Positions 1 to 10,602 are shown, counted from the stretch's first letter. The stretch: 64,000 bases of DNA from Candidatus Latescibacterota bacterium (GCA_965232265.1 CBDDPH010000002.1:2008290-2072289); one strand, 5' to 3'. Translations and numbers: made by a program. The notes: generated from the sequence alone by a model not told the origin.

Positions 1-470
1 TACGCACGCCGGTTTCTTCAAAAACTTCGCGCTGGACGCAGTCGGCAATGTGTTCGCCCGGGTGCAGAGCGCCTCCGGGTAGTTTGTAGTAGGGCCTTGT
101 GGAGCTTCGATGCAATTCGCTGACGACCAGGAGTTCTTCGCGCTCGTTGATGACGACCCCGCCCGCACCTATGTAATGCGTGGCGTATTCGGGGATGAAG
201 GCATTGGATTCGAGGGGTTTGGTGAGCAAAAGGTAGTCTGTTCCCGAGTGATGGAATGTAAATCCCGATTGTGTTGCCACTGGAATGAGTGCTGCCCGTT
301 CAATGGGGATGTTGATCCAGACGAGCTTAAATCCCTCGCGTTTCCACTCCTGGAGGGATGCTGAAAGGCGCGTGCGAAATTCTTCGGGATCAGGCGGCAG
401 TGCTGTTGGATCCAGTTCAATGCCCTGAAAGCGGTTTGGCGTGGCTTCGAGTATTTGCATGGATTACCTC
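1..470 (-). CDS. NUDIX hydrolase, 5' partial at window edge
   Basis: Minus-strand frame from the ATG at 470 is open to position 1 (not in the ORF track because it has no stop in the window). Translation MQILEATPNRF... contains the Nudix box GGALHPGEHIADCVQREVFEETGV (GX5EX7REUXEEXGU). Confidence 0.75.
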
Positions 471-869
471 GTTCAAAACTATCCGCAGGCATGTCCCCTT
501 GATTAAACCCTCAAGGGCAGGCTCTGCGGGTGTAAGCAGGGATGGACGCAGATGGAAAATCAAAAGTATTGGGATAGGATGGATGTGAGTCGGCACATGG
601 TAAGGAACATCACAAAATCGGGCAAGGGGTTTGCGGTGGGCAGTTCTACTTGACAGGGGTTATAGAGACAATCATATTTTATGAAGTATGAAGGGCACGA
701 AGAACACGGAACGGGGTATGAAGGCGAGTTCATTTGAGCATGACTGCGACGCCTCATTAGCTGTTCACGGATCGTAGGGGCGAAAAATCTTTCGCCCAAT
801 GGATTGGAAAATTTGCGATGGGTTGAAACAGTTGATGGATTGGAGGCGTTAAATTGAGGGAGGGATAAC

Positions 870-2057
870 ATGGTGTCTATTTTTGAACAGTTGGGTGTAC
901 GTACGATTATCAATGCTGCCGGGCCAGTTACGCGTTTGAGCGGGGCACGCATGGATGAGGATGTGATTGATGCGATGCGCGAGGCGGCGCAGGTGTGTGT
1001 GGATATTGCAGAGCTACAGGCAGGGGCCGGGCAGGTGATTGCCGAGGTGACAGGTGCCGAAGCCGGGTATGTGACATCGGGGGCTGCGGCGGGTCTGGTG
1101 CTCGCGACGGCGGCGTGTGTTACGGGTATGGATCCGGGCAAGATGAACCGATTGCCCGATACGTCGGGGATGAAAAATGAGGTGATTATGCCCCGGTCGC
1201 ATCGCAATTTTTACGATCACGCGGTGCGTTCGGTGGGTGTGACGCTCATTGAGGTGGGCATTCCAGACCGGTTTAGCGGCGCGGGAGTGCGCGATACAGA
1301 GGCATGGGAAATTGCGGATGCAATCACCGATCAGACCGCGGCGATTGTCTATGTGGCGCAGTCTTTCGCGCAGCCGCCACTGCCAGAGGTGACGGCTGTG
1401 GCGCACAAACGCGGGGTGCCCGTCGTTGTCGATGCTGCAGGACAGTTGCCTCCTGCGGCAAATTTGAAGCAGTTTGTCAGCGAAGGCGCCGATGCGGTTT
1501 GTTTTAGCGGCGGGAAAACCATTGGCGGGCCTCAAGGTGCAGGTATTTTGTGCGGGCGCCGGGATCTGATTTCCTCGGCGGCATTGCAGCATCTGGATCT
1601 GGATGTGTATTATGATTTGTGGGATCCGCCGCCTGAATTGATCGATAAATCCGCGTTGCCGGGTGCGCCACAGCACGGGATTGGGCGACCGTGTAAGGTG
1701 GGGAAAGAGCAGATTGCGGGGCTGATGGTTGCGTTGCAAAAGTTCGTGGCAGAAAGCGACGAGGCGCGGCAGGCCCGCTGGTCGCGGTGCCTTCAGAGTT
1801 TGGCAGATGAGATAAGTGATTTGCCGGGGTGCGATATGAGTATGGATGCCTACCGCACAATACCCATTTTGCGGCTCGCGCTTTCTCCGGCGGAAAGAGG
1901 CGTGGCGGTGGCGCGGCAGTTAATGGAAGGTGACCCGAGTATTCATGTGAGTACATCGGGTGTTTACGATGGAATATTGATTTTTAATCCCATGTGTTTG
2001 TCAGAAGATATGATCAAACCGATAGCTGATCGATTAAAAGTGTTGATCGCCCGGTAG
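870..2057 (+). CDS. SelA-like PLP-dependent enzyme (DgaE/L-seryl-tRNA selenium transferase family)
   Basis: 395 aa ORF with RBS GAGGGAGG upstream. The FSGGKTIGGPQGAGIL motif with the PLP lysine is typical of the SelA/DgaE family. Confidence 0.55.
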   Translation: MVSIFEQLGVRTIINAAGPVTRLSGARMDEDVIDAMREAAQVCVDIAELQAGAGQVIAEVTGAEAGYVTSGAAAGLVLATAACVTGMDPGKMNRLPDTSGMKNEVIMPRSHRNFYDHAVRSVGVTLIEVGIPDRFSGAGVRDTEAWEIADAITDQTAAIVYVAQSFAQPPLPEVTAVAHKRGVPVVVDAAGQLPPAANLKQFVSEGADAVCFSGGKTIGGPQGAGILCGRRDLISSAALQHLDLDVYYDLWDPPPELIDKSALPGAPQHGIGRPCKVGKEQIAGLMVALQKFVAESDEARQARWSRCLQSLADEISDLPGCDMSMDAYRTIPILRLALSPAERGVAVARQLMEGDPSIHVSTSGVYDGILIFNPMCLSEDMIKPIADRLKVLIAR

Positions 2058-2111
2058 GCGCGGATTTTAAACCCGCGCTTACACGTTGTACTTTTTTTAA
2101 GGAGGCGTGCC

Positions 2112-2792
2112 ATGGGTGTTATCACTATTTCGAGGGAATACGGCAGTGATGGTCGCACTGTTGCCCGAAAGGTTGCCGAGGCATTGTCTTATCACAATAT
2201 AGACAAAGATTTGCTCGTGGAGGTGGCACAAAAAGCCCAGGTTCCCGTGTCAGAAGTCGAACGCTATGACGAACTGCCCGAACATCCCGCACTGAGAATT
2301 TTGAGAAAATTTCTCACGCCCGGATACGCAGATACCTTGACGGGGTTGTCGGAATACGAGTGGTGGGCTGCGGCGACCGTGCCCGAGTTGTCGGAGCACA
2401 AAGAGCAGGCGCTGACGACAATGGATGAAGAGGTGTATGCGAATCTGACCGCGGAGGTGGAGATGCAGTTGGCCGATCAGGGCGATGTGGTTATACTGGG
2501 GAGGGGTGGGCAGGCTGTGTTGAAAGGCCGCGAAGATACGTTGCATGTGCGCGTGGTGGCGACGCAAAATTTTAAGCTGGATGTGGTGAAAGACCGCGAT
2601 CAATTGACCAACGATGAGGATGCAATAAGGCGAATGAGAGAAGTGGATGATCGCCGCAAGACGTATATCAAACGCCATTATAAGGTGAATTGGGATAATC
2701 CACATCTATACTCTGTCATAGTGAATACCGGCTTTTTGGGCGTTGATGGGGCCGTGGATGCGATTGTTTGCGCGGCGCAGAAGGTGTTATAA
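2112..2792 (+). CDS. cytidylate kinase-like family protein
   Basis: N-terminus MGVITISREYGSDGRTVARKVAE matches the cytidylate-kinase-like (Cytidylate_kin2) ITISRxxGSGG motif. RBS AAGGAGG. Confidence 0.55.
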   Translation: MGVITISREYGSDGRTVARKVAEALSYHNIDKDLLVEVAQKAQVPVSEVERYDELPEHPALRILRKFLTPGYADTLTGLSEYEWWAAATVPELSEHKEQALTTMDEEVYANLTAEVEMQLADQGDVVILGRGGQAVLKGREDTLHVRVVATQNFKLDVVKDRDQLTNDEDAIRRMREVDDRRKTYIKRHYKVNWDNPHLYSVIVNTGFLGVDGAVDAIVCAAQKVL

Positions 2793-2914
2793 AAGTAAGA
2801 AGTGAGAAAACCCCACCCCGTCACCCAAAGGTTGTTGCCTCATCCGACTTCCTACTTCACAGTGAACGGGTCTGAACTGCGACCAGTTGTACACCGTTCC
2901 CTACTTCATCCTTC

Positions 2915-4327
2915 TCAAAGTCCCATTTCGATGTACGCCCGCGCGATTTTTTCTATGGCGATGACAAAAGCAGCGGTGCGTAAATCTGGCACATTGTCGC
3001 GCGAGTTGCGGATTTCACTCATGGTTTGATAGGCGATGCTCATGGTGTCTTCGAGGCCAGAACGCACGAGGTCGAGTTCATCCGAGCCGTAAGAGAGTCT
3101 TGCTTTGAGATGGTCGGGGACGGGTTTGCCGACCATTTCTTCCAGGGCGTTGATGATTTGCGCGCCGCGATGTGCTTCGAGGCGTCTGTCGAGGCGTCCG
3201 AAGCGGATGTGCGAGAGGTTCTTGATCCATTCAAAATAAGAGACTGTGACGCCGCCCGCGTTGAGGTAGGCGTCGGGTATGATGGTTTTGCCTGCTTTCC
3301 GCAATATGTCGTCTGCCGTGTAAGTGACGGGCCCGTTGGCCGCTTCTGCAATGACGGGTGCTTTGATGCGTTTGGCATTTTCCTGTGTGATCTGGCCTTC
3401 AAGGGCGGCTGGTATGAGCACGTCGCATTCTGCTTCGAGCAGGCTTTTGCCATTTGCGATATAGGTGGCTCCCGGAAAGTGTTTTAGTGAACCGCGTTCC
3501 GCGCGGTAAGCAGCGGCTTCTTCAACGGAAAATCCCTTCTCTGACATTATTGCCCCTTCGCGTTCAATAATGCCGATAATGCGCGCGCCACCTTCTTCTT
3601 CGAGATATTTGGTGGCGTGAGAGCCTACATTGCCCAATCCCTGCACGATGATGCGTTTGCCTTCCAAATTGCCTTCCAGACCCGCGTTTTTGACGTCTTC
3701 CGAGTTGTTAAAAAATTCTTTGATGCCGTAAAATACACCGCGTCCGGTTGCTTCCACGCGCCCCTGAATGCCGCCTTGGGAAAAGGGTTTGCCCGTTGTG
3801 CAGGCAATGGCGTTGATGTCTTCCGGGTGCAGGCTGCGATACGTGTCTGCGATCCAGGCCATTTCTCGTTCTCCAGTTCCCATGTCGGGTGCGGGAACGT
3901 TGAGAGCCGGATTGATATATCCCTTTTTGATCAATTCCTGTGCAAAACGCCGGGTGATGAGCTCGAGTTCGTGTTCGTTGTATTCTCGGGGATCAATGCA
4001 CAGGCCCCCTTTGGCGCCGCCAAAGGGCACATCCACGATCGCGCATTTGTACGTCATGAGTGCGGCGAGTGCTTCCACGTCATCCTGACTGACAGTGGGG
4101 GCGTAACGAATGCCGCCTTTGACGGGCAGGCGATGTTCGCTGTGAACCGAGCGCCATCCCGTGAAGATGCGATAGCTGTCGCGGAGTTTGACAAAGAAGC
4201 GCACGAGGTAAATGTTGTTGTTGATTTTGATCTGGTCAGCCAGTCCCGGGGGCAAATCGAGCGTTGCTACTGCGCGGTCAAACATGAGGTCAACGCTTTC
4301 TTTAAAGCTGGGTTCCTGTGCGGCCAT
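2915..4327 (-). CDS. gdhA: NAD(P)-specific glutamate dehydrogenase
   Basis: Carries Glu/Leu/Phe/Val dehydrogenase motifs (KGGIRYAP, GGAKGG) and a Rossmann GLGNVG. The likely start is the ATG at 4327 after GGAGA, not the ORF-track start at 4375. Confidence 0.85.
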   Translation of the reverse strand: MAAQEPSFKESVDLMFDRAVATLDLPPGLADQIKINNNIYLVRFFVKLRDSYRIFTGWRSVHSEHRLPVKGGIRYAPTVSQDDVEALAALMTYKCAIVDVPFGGAKGGLCIDPREYNEHELELITRRFAQELIKKGYINPALNVPAPDMGTGEREMAWIADTYRSLHPEDINAIACTTGKPFSQGGIQGRVEATGRGVFYGIKEFFNNSEDVKNAGLEGNLEGKRIIVQGLGNVGSHATKYLEEEGGARIIGIIEREGAIMSEKGFSVEEAAAYRAERGSLKHFPGATYIANGKSLLEAECDVLIPAALEGQITQENAKRIKAPVIAEAANGPVTYTADDILRKAGKTIIPDAYLNAGGVTVSYFEWIKNLSHIRFGRLDRRLEAHRGAQIINALEEMVGKPVPDHLKARLSYGSDELDLVRSGLEDTMSIAYQTMSEIRNSRDNVPDLRTAAFVIAIEKIARAYIEMGL

Positions 4328-4463
4328 AAGTATTTCTCCGGAAATGGTTGGGAAATGTGTAGATTGCCGTTTCAAACGGCAATGGGTAGGTGAAGTGAGA
4401 TGTAGGGGCGAAAAATTTTTCGCCCACCGCCAATGCCATGTAGGTGCGAGGCCGTCTCACCTC

Positions 4464-5365
4464 TTAACCGCTTTTAAGCAGATGACGCAAGGCTGGCTCG
4501 AGGTGGGGATGGGCAAAGGAGAAGTCGGTGTTTTCGAGGCGTGAGGAGATAACGCGGGTGCTTGCGAGCAGGAGGGCGTCGGCCATTTCGCCCAGTGCGA
4601 GTTTGGCGGCAAATGCGGGTAGCGGGAAAATTGTTGGGCGCGATAAGACGCGACCGAGGGTTTTGGTAAATTCGCGGTTGGTGACAGGTGTTGGCGATAT
4701 GGCGTTGATGGCGCCGCTGATGGATTCGTTGTCTATTGCAAAGAGGAATAGGGAGATCAGGTCGTCGAGGGTGATCCAGCTCATGTACTGATTGCCCGAT
4801 CCGATGATGCCGCCCAAGCCCAATTTGAAGGGTAAGCGCATTTTGCCGAGTGCTCCGCCTGTGGGGGACAGGACAATGCCGATGCGCGGATGAACGGTTC
4901 GTATGCCGGCTTCTGTGGCGGGTTTGGCGGCGTTTTCCCAGGCGATGGATACGTCCGGGAGAAAGCCTGCTCCCGGCTGGCTGTCTTCGGTGAGAATTTC
5001 GTCGCTGCGGTTGCCGTAATAACCGATGGCAGAAGCGGAAATGAAGACTTTTGGCGGCGGAGATATAGACGCGAGTGTTTGGGCGAGCAATGCGGTGCCC
5101 TGTACGCGGCTGTCGCGGATGCGCGCCTTTTGCGCTGCTGACCAGCGTCGGGAAGCGATGTTTTCTCCGGCGAGGTGTATGACCCCATCTATGTTGGTGA
5201 GGCGCGAGGGATCGAGGGTATCAGCAGATGGATCCCAGGTGATTTCATCTGTCGTTGCGGGCAGTGCGCCGGGTGAGAGATACGACGCGGTCGCCGCGTG
5301 CGTTCAGTGCGGTTTTGAGTGCTGAGCCAATGAGGCCAGAAGCACCGGATATCAGGATTTTCATG
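4464..5365 (-). pseudogene. YfcH-like (TIGR01777/DUF1731) NAD-dependent epimerase family, frameshifted near 5255-5285
   Basis: N-terminus MKILISGASGLIGSALK... starts at 5365 and hits a stop after RRTARNDR. The family continues in the other frame (ALPATTDEITWD...GVIHLAGENIASRRW...) to 4464. This is a single-nucleotide indel or a sequencing error. Confidence 0.45.
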
Positions 5366-5425
5366 ATTGGTACGGGCGGATTTGGAATCCGTTCCTGCCT
5401 CCTATTTTTTGAAGTTCGCCCCTGC

Positions 5426-5839
5426 CTACTGTTGATAGAGCATCAGGTAGATGATGACGCCGGTAATTGAGACGAATATCCAACTGGGCCAAACCCACCG
5501 GGCCAGGCGGCGGTGGCGATCAAAGTCGCGTTTGTAGGCTCGCCAGACAAGCGCGATGATAAAGGGTACGTTGACAGCGGCGAGGATGATGTGCGGGATG
5601 AGTATGGCAAAGTAGATCGGGCGCGTCCAATCGCGGTGTGGGTAGGGCACAGAGCCGACCTGACTGTGATAGATGAGGTATGAGGTCAGAAAGAGCGCCG
5701 ATAAGATCAACGCTGTGACCATGCATTTCTGGTGCGTTTTGATGTCGCCGCGTTTGATATAGATGAATCCCAACAGCAGAAAGATGGTGCAAAGTCCGTT
5801 GAGAAAGGCGTTTGCCGCGGGCAAGTCTGTGATGGACAT
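5426..5839 (-). CDS. DUF420 family membrane protein
   Basis: 137 aa with four predicted TM helices. Pattern IKRGDIKTHQKCM...ALILSALFLTSYLIYH is typical of DUF420 (YozB-like). Confidence 0.5.
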   Translation of the reverse strand: MSITDLPAANAFLNGLCTIFLLLGFIYIKRGDIKTHQKCMVTALILSALFLTSYLIYHSQVGSVPYPHRDWTRPIYFAILIPHIILAAVNVPFIIALVWRAYKRDFDRHRRLARWVWPSWIFVSITGVIIYLMLYQQ

Positions 5840-5842
5840 AGT

Positions 5843-8419
5843 CTAACGTTTATCCAGTGCCTGTTCAATCATGTGGAGGATATAGCCGGTGTGCGCTTCG
5901 GTGCTCGCATCGGTTGTTTTTTTGTTTTTGAGTATGTTTTGAATGGCTTTGAGGTTGTGCAGGGCAATGGCGCGAGATGCATGGATCCGCTTGCTTTCGG
6001 GGTCGATGATGTTGACGAGTCGATTGACGTATTCCGCCTGCAAGTTCTGGCGGAAAGAATTGACTGTGCCTTCGGCGTCTGCAGCAAAAACGGCATCGGT
6101 CAAGTCGGTCATCATGTCGGACAATGCGTATTCGTTGCCATAGAGCGCGGTGTCGAGCAGGCGGGCCTGTACTGTGGGGTGCAAGAGATGGCTGAAGACG
6201 CGCTGTTGAATGCCGATTACGCGGTCGTGAATTTTGGGGTCTTCTGGCGTGCGGGAGAAGCCGAATCCGCGTCTTTGTTCCTGCAAATGGTTATAGAGCC
6301 CGGGCGGCATATCAAACGCATGGGGTGATAGGACGTATTTGGCGAGTGCGTCCATCGCGCGTTTTTGGTCGGCGAGCGCGACTGGCGTGAATGGCCGGGT
6401 TGCGCCGGGTTGGCCGATGACTGCGCGGTCCACGTAAATGCCGCCGATATAGCGGGAGAGGACGGTTGTGGCATTGCGATGCTGCGCCGTGAGAAGGAGG
6501 TAGGCCGTTTTCAGTTCGTGATAGGTGTTGCCCGGGGTGTTGTATTTTGCGAGGATTTTGTTTTTGACGTCGTGTACCAGTTCAATCCGACCCGTGGCAT
6601 GGGCAACGGCATCGCTGCTGAGGTCGTAGATCATCACGCGCGGGTCAATGCCGCTATTTGACGAGCGCATGTCGTCGGCGTCATTGCCAAACATGAGTTC
6701 GGGTTCTGTGGAGCGCGCGAGAATTTTTTCGAGGCGTTTTTGTTCGTCTTTGACATTGTCCCGCCCGGGAGAATAGCCGAATTCAATGGCCCAAATATCG
6801 TAGGGACCTGGGCGCGTGGTGTAGTAATGTCCCTGTTTTTGATCGGGCAATGCGAGGTTGACACCTGGATAGTCCATGACCGAACCCGTAAGCCCCATTT
6901 TGCCGGTTCGGCTTTTGTCGTGGAGTTGTGCTGGGGTGTGTAGTTGACTGGATTTCATGTTGTGGTTGAGACCGAGCGTGTGGCCGATTTCGTGCAGGAT
7001 GAGAAAGTAGATGCTCTCTTTGAGCAGGGCGTCAACTTCCAGTTTGGAGGTGCCAGAAACGCGCAGGGCCTGGGTGCCAAAGAGGTTGGATACGTGTAGC
7101 TCGTGGCCCAGGGAACAGTAGTGCGGCAGGTCTGAATCGGCAGGCATCGCGTTGTCAAAGAGCTTGTCATAGCGCAGGCTGCTTCTGAGAAATGCAAATT
7201 CGAGCATGATGTCGGCACCCAATATTTGCCCGGTTCGCGGGTTGACAAAGCTCGGTCCATATCCGCCGAATGGCGGATTGGGCGACGAGGTCCAGCGCAG
7301 GACATTGTATCGGATATCGCCGGCTTCCCAATCGGCATCATCGGGCTGTTCTTTGATCGCCACGGCATTTTTGAAGCCAGCGACTTCAAAGGCGATATTC
7401 CAGGCGAGAGCCGCTTTTTTGATGGTTGGACGCAGTTCTTTCGGGGTGGTGTTTTCTATCCAATAGGTGATTGGCACGGCTGGTTCAGAGCGTTTGGCTT
7501 TGGGATCCCTTTTTTTGAGGTGCCAGCGGTGAATTAAATCGCGATAAGGCGTTGCGCTTTTGGAGGTCAGGTCGGTCACTTGTGTGCTGAAGTAGCCGAC
7601 GCGCGGGTCGTCAAATCGCGGTTGGTAATCGTTTTTGGGCATTTCGATCAGGGTGTGTTGCAGGGTAATCGTCACATTGCGGGCATCGGTTATGCCGTCT
7701 CCACCGCCTTTGGGGTTGGGATTTTCATAGGTGTAGGCGATGATGAGGTCCGTGTTTTTGGGGTAATTTTTGATGGATAGACATTTGGTTTTGATTTTGC
7801 TGAGTTTGCCCAGAGAGAAATTGTTGCGGTTCTGCGTTCGGTTGACGCGATGGAGGGCTTCTGTGAGGAAGATACCGTCGGCTTTGATGAGGATGTTGCG
7901 CGTGGAATCATCGCGTGCCGCGATTTTTTCCGATACGAGGATAGAAGGGCTGATGTTGGCTTTGGCTGCGCGACTCAGGGCGTTTTTGGGATCGAAATAG
8001 TACGCGGTGTTTTCAGATATGATTTCGATTTTGTCAAAGTGCTTCTGAATGGAAAGCACGCGGCTGCCGCGATAGTTGCCCCTGTATGTTCCCGCTGATA
8101 CGGGTGCATTAACGGTGTGGGTGAAGTAGATGTATTCTTTGCCGATTTGCGATTCGCGGATTTGCAGTTGCAACGCGCCTGTGGTCGTGTCTTCATAAAC
8201 GGTGAAGAGACCGAGATACTTGCGGCTGGATTTGGTGAGGTCGGCAATGGTTTTCTTGGGTGTGTCCTTTTTGGGCGTTTCTTTTTTTAGGGCTTTTGCG
8301 GGGGCTCGTTTGGCGACCTTTGTCGAATCCGCAGGTTGTTTTTCCTGCGCCTGAACAGAGCAGGCGATTCCAAAGACAAGGGCGACTGCGATTAATAGGC
8401 GTTGAATATTCACGGTCAT
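5843..8419 (-). CDS. secreted zinc metalloprotease (DUF4953/DUF5117 family)
   Basis: Signal peptide MTVNIQRLLIAVALVFGIACSVQA follows RBS AAGGAGA. Has the HEXXH-type motif LHEIGHTLGLNHN. About 860 aa. Confidence 0.55.
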   Translation of the reverse strand: MTVNIQRLLIAVALVFGIACSVQAQEKQPADSTKVAKRAPAKALKKETPKKDTPKKTIADLTKSSRKYLGLFTVYEDTTTGALQLQIRESQIGKEYIYFTHTVNAPVSAGTYRGNYRGSRVLSIQKHFDKIEIISENTAYYFDPKNALSRAAKANISPSILVSEKIAARDDSTRNILIKADGIFLTEALHRVNRTQNRNNFSLGKLSKIKTKCLSIKNYPKNTDLIIAYTYENPNPKGGGDGITDARNVTITLQHTLIEMPKNDYQPRFDDPRVGYFSTQVTDLTSKSATPYRDLIHRWHLKKRDPKAKRSEPAVPITYWIENTTPKELRPTIKKAALAWNIAFEVAGFKNAVAIKEQPDDADWEAGDIRYNVLRWTSSPNPPFGGYGPSFVNPRTGQILGADIMLEFAFLRSSLRYDKLFDNAMPADSDLPHYCSLGHELHVSNLFGTQALRVSGTSKLEVDALLKESIYFLILHEIGHTLGLNHNMKSSQLHTPAQLHDKSRTGKMGLTGSVMDYPGVNLALPDQKQGHYYTTRPGPYDIWAIEFGYSPGRDNVKDEQKRLEKILARSTEPELMFGNDADDMRSSNSGIDPRVMIYDLSSDAVAHATGRIELVHDVKNKILAKYNTPGNTYHELKTAYLLLTAQHRNATTVLSRYIGGIYVDRAVIGQPGATRPFTPVALADQKRAMDALAKYVLSPHAFDMPPGLYNHLQEQRRGFGFSRTPEDPKIHDRVIGIQQRVFSHLLHPTVQARLLDTALYGNEYALSDMMTDLTDAVFAADAEGTVNSFRQNLQAEYVNRLVNIIDPESKRIHASRAIALHNLKAIQNILKNKKTTDASTEAHTGYILHMIEQALDKR

Positions 8420-8547
8420 ATCTCCTTTCTGTTTATTATAGATATCTTTGCTACGCAAAATTACCTAATTGTTTTAAAATTTTCAAGTGTGTATTGTATA
8501 TCGACTATAGAGCTATCAATTGACTTTGTGTTTTTTTTCTGTATCTT

Positions 8548-8790
8548 TTGCGTTCAATTTTTGGAAGGATGAGATCACTAACGCGAGGTATGACAATGGC
8601 AGAGGCGGGAAGTGCGTGGTTGACGCCTAAGGAGATCGCGGATCGGCTGAGCAGTCGAAAGGCGAGAGAAGTGCAAGAAGATTTGCTCTATGGACGCCGA
8701 ACACGGCGCGAAATATTGGATATGGTGATGGAAGCTGTGGGCTGCAATGAATATTCGGCAGAAGATTTTTTGCGTGAAATTGTGAAATAA
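8548..8790 (+). CDS. hypothetical small protein
   Basis: 80 aa ORF with an internal start at MTMAEAG after GAGGTA. I recognise no family. Confidence 0.2.
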   Translation: MRSIFGRMRSLTRGMTMAEAGSAWLTPKEIADRLSSRKAREVQEDLLYGRRTRREILDMVMEAVGCNEYSAEDFLREIVK

Positions 8791-8899
8791 ATTAAAAATT
8801 AAGGGTTGGGTGCTAACTGACCACGAATTGCTATTTATGTTTGCCGCGTATGGGTTTTTCAATACGCGGCTCGATATTTTTTGGCCTTTAGGGTACGCC

Positions 8900-10570
8900 A
8901 TGTCTGAGGTTTCTAAGTCTGATTATCTGGTCATTGGCAGTGGTATTGCGGGCCTCTCGTTCGCGCTTAAAGCGGCAGAGACTGGGTCTGTCACCCTGAT
9001 TACGAAAAAAGAGTTTCAGGAATCCAATACCAATTACGCACAGGGCGGTATTGCTTCTGTTTTGCATCCCGACGACTCGTTTGCGCTCCATAGGGAAGAT
9101 ACGATTCAGGCTGGCGCGGGTTTGTGCCGCGAAGATGTGGTGGATTTGGTGGTACAGGCAGGTCCCGATATGGTTAAGGCGCTCATTGCATGGGGGGCTG
9201 AGTTTACGCGAGCGAGTGAGGGAGGTGTGAAAGCGAATGAACGGCGTACAACTCAAGATCTCGCGCTCGGACGCGAGGGCGGGCATTCAAAGAATCGCAT
9301 TGTGTATGCCGCCGATCTGACCGGGCGAGAGATTGAGCGGGCGTTGACCGAAGCGGCGTCAGCACATCCCAATATCGCGTTGTACGAGCATCACATGGCG
9401 ATTGATTTGATCACGGAACACCATGTGTATGGTTCGAAAATTTCGACGCCGGGGAAGATTCAGTGTTGGGGTGTTTACGCACTGGATGCCGTGCATGGAG
9501 AGGTGAAGACTTTTTTGGCAAAGTTTACACTGTTGTGTAGTGGGGGGAGTGGTCAGATTTATTTGCATTCGACCAATCCGGCCATTGCAACGGGCGATGG
9601 TATTGCCATGGCGTATCGCGCGGGCGCGAGTGTGGGCAATTTGGAGTTTATGCAGTTTCATCCCACGACGCTTTATCACCGGGATGCAGATTCCTTTTTG
9701 ATTTCTGAAGCGGTGCGCGGGCATGGCGGTATTCTGGTAGATCGGGCGGGGCGGGCGTTTATGGACGATTACCACGAGATGGGGCCGCTTGCACCTCGGG
9801 ATGTGGTCGCGCGGGCAATTGACAGCGCGTTAAAAAAGAGCGGTGATCCCTGTGTGTTTCTCGATATTACGCATTGTCCGAGTGCAGAGCTTCAGGAGAG
9901 GTTTCCCACGATTTATGAACGGTGTTTGCAATTTGGCATTGATATAACGCAGCAGCCCATTCCGGTTGTGCCCGCGGCGCACTATATGTGCGGTGGGGTG
10001 TTCACAGATACGCATGGACGCACGGATATCGAAAGGCTTTACGCTTCGGGTGAGGTCGCCTGTACGGGATTACACGGGGCGAATCGCCTGGCGAGCAATT
10101 CGCTACTGGAAGCTCTGGTTTTTTCCGATCGTGCGTTTTCCGATATCCGACGGCACATAGATGCGCGGCTCGATTTTCCCGATGTGCCAGCATGGCAAGA
10201 CGATGATGTGTTTAATACAGAAGAATGGGTGTTGCTATCACACGACCGGCAAGAGGTACAGCGTTTGATGTGGGATTATGTGGGGATTGTGCGGTCGGAT
10301 TTTCGATTGAAGCGTGCAGCCCGTCGCATTGGCGTGATTGTGCAGGAGGTCGAAGAATTTTATAAGCGCACACAAGTTACCGAGGCATTGCTGGAGCTGC
10401 GTAATATGACGACTGTTGCCGCACTGACTGTGCGTTGTGCATTGTCTCGCCGCGAAAGCCGGGGGTTGCATTATACGCTCGATTGTCCTGCGCCATTTAA
10501 GTCTGCAAAAGATACAGTGGTGTCTGCCTGGGAGACGTGGGGTGCGGGGTTGCCGGTGATTGACGTGTGA
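8900..10570 (+). CDS. nadB: L-aspartate oxidase
   Basis: FAD dinucleotide fold DYLVIGSGIAGLSFA, FAD-dependent succinate dehydrogenase/aspartate oxidase motifs, and a C-terminal helical domain. Start at ATG 8900. Confidence 0.85.
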   Translation: MSEVSKSDYLVIGSGIAGLSFALKAAETGSVTLITKKEFQESNTNYAQGGIASVLHPDDSFALHREDTIQAGAGLCREDVVDLVVQAGPDMVKALIAWGAEFTRASEGGVKANERRTTQDLALGREGGHSKNRIVYAADLTGREIERALTEAASAHPNIALYEHHMAIDLITEHHVYGSKISTPGKIQCWGVYALDAVHGEVKTFLAKFTLLCSGGSGQIYLHSTNPAIATGDGIAMAYRAGASVGNLEFMQFHPTTLYHRDADSFLISEAVRGHGGILVDRAGRAFMDDYHEMGPLAPRDVVARAIDSALKKSGDPCVFLDITHCPSAELQERFPTIYERCLQFGIDITQQPIPVVPAAHYMCGGVFTDTHGRTDIERLYASGEVACTGLHGANRLASNSLLEALVFSDRAFSDIRRHIDARLDFPDVPAWQDDDVFNTEEWVLLSHDRQEVQRLMWDYVGIVRSDFRLKRAARRIGVIVQEVEEFYKRTQVTEALLELRNMTTVAALTVRCALSRRESRGLHYTLDCPAPFKSAKDTVVSAWETWGAGLPVIDV

Positions 10571-10602
10571 AGTATGAATTGTGAAGTATGAAGGGAGTTT
10601 TT

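Noticed and set aside
169-492. 107-aa minus-strand ORF from the six-frame track at the window start
   Set aside because: It is in a different frame from the NUDIX-box-containing reading that starts at ATG 470 and runs off the window edge. The NUDIX frame has the clear family signature.
3026-4393. Plus-strand ORFs (153 and 258 aa) within the gdhA region
   Set aside because: Antisense to a high-confidence glutamate dehydrogenase gene.
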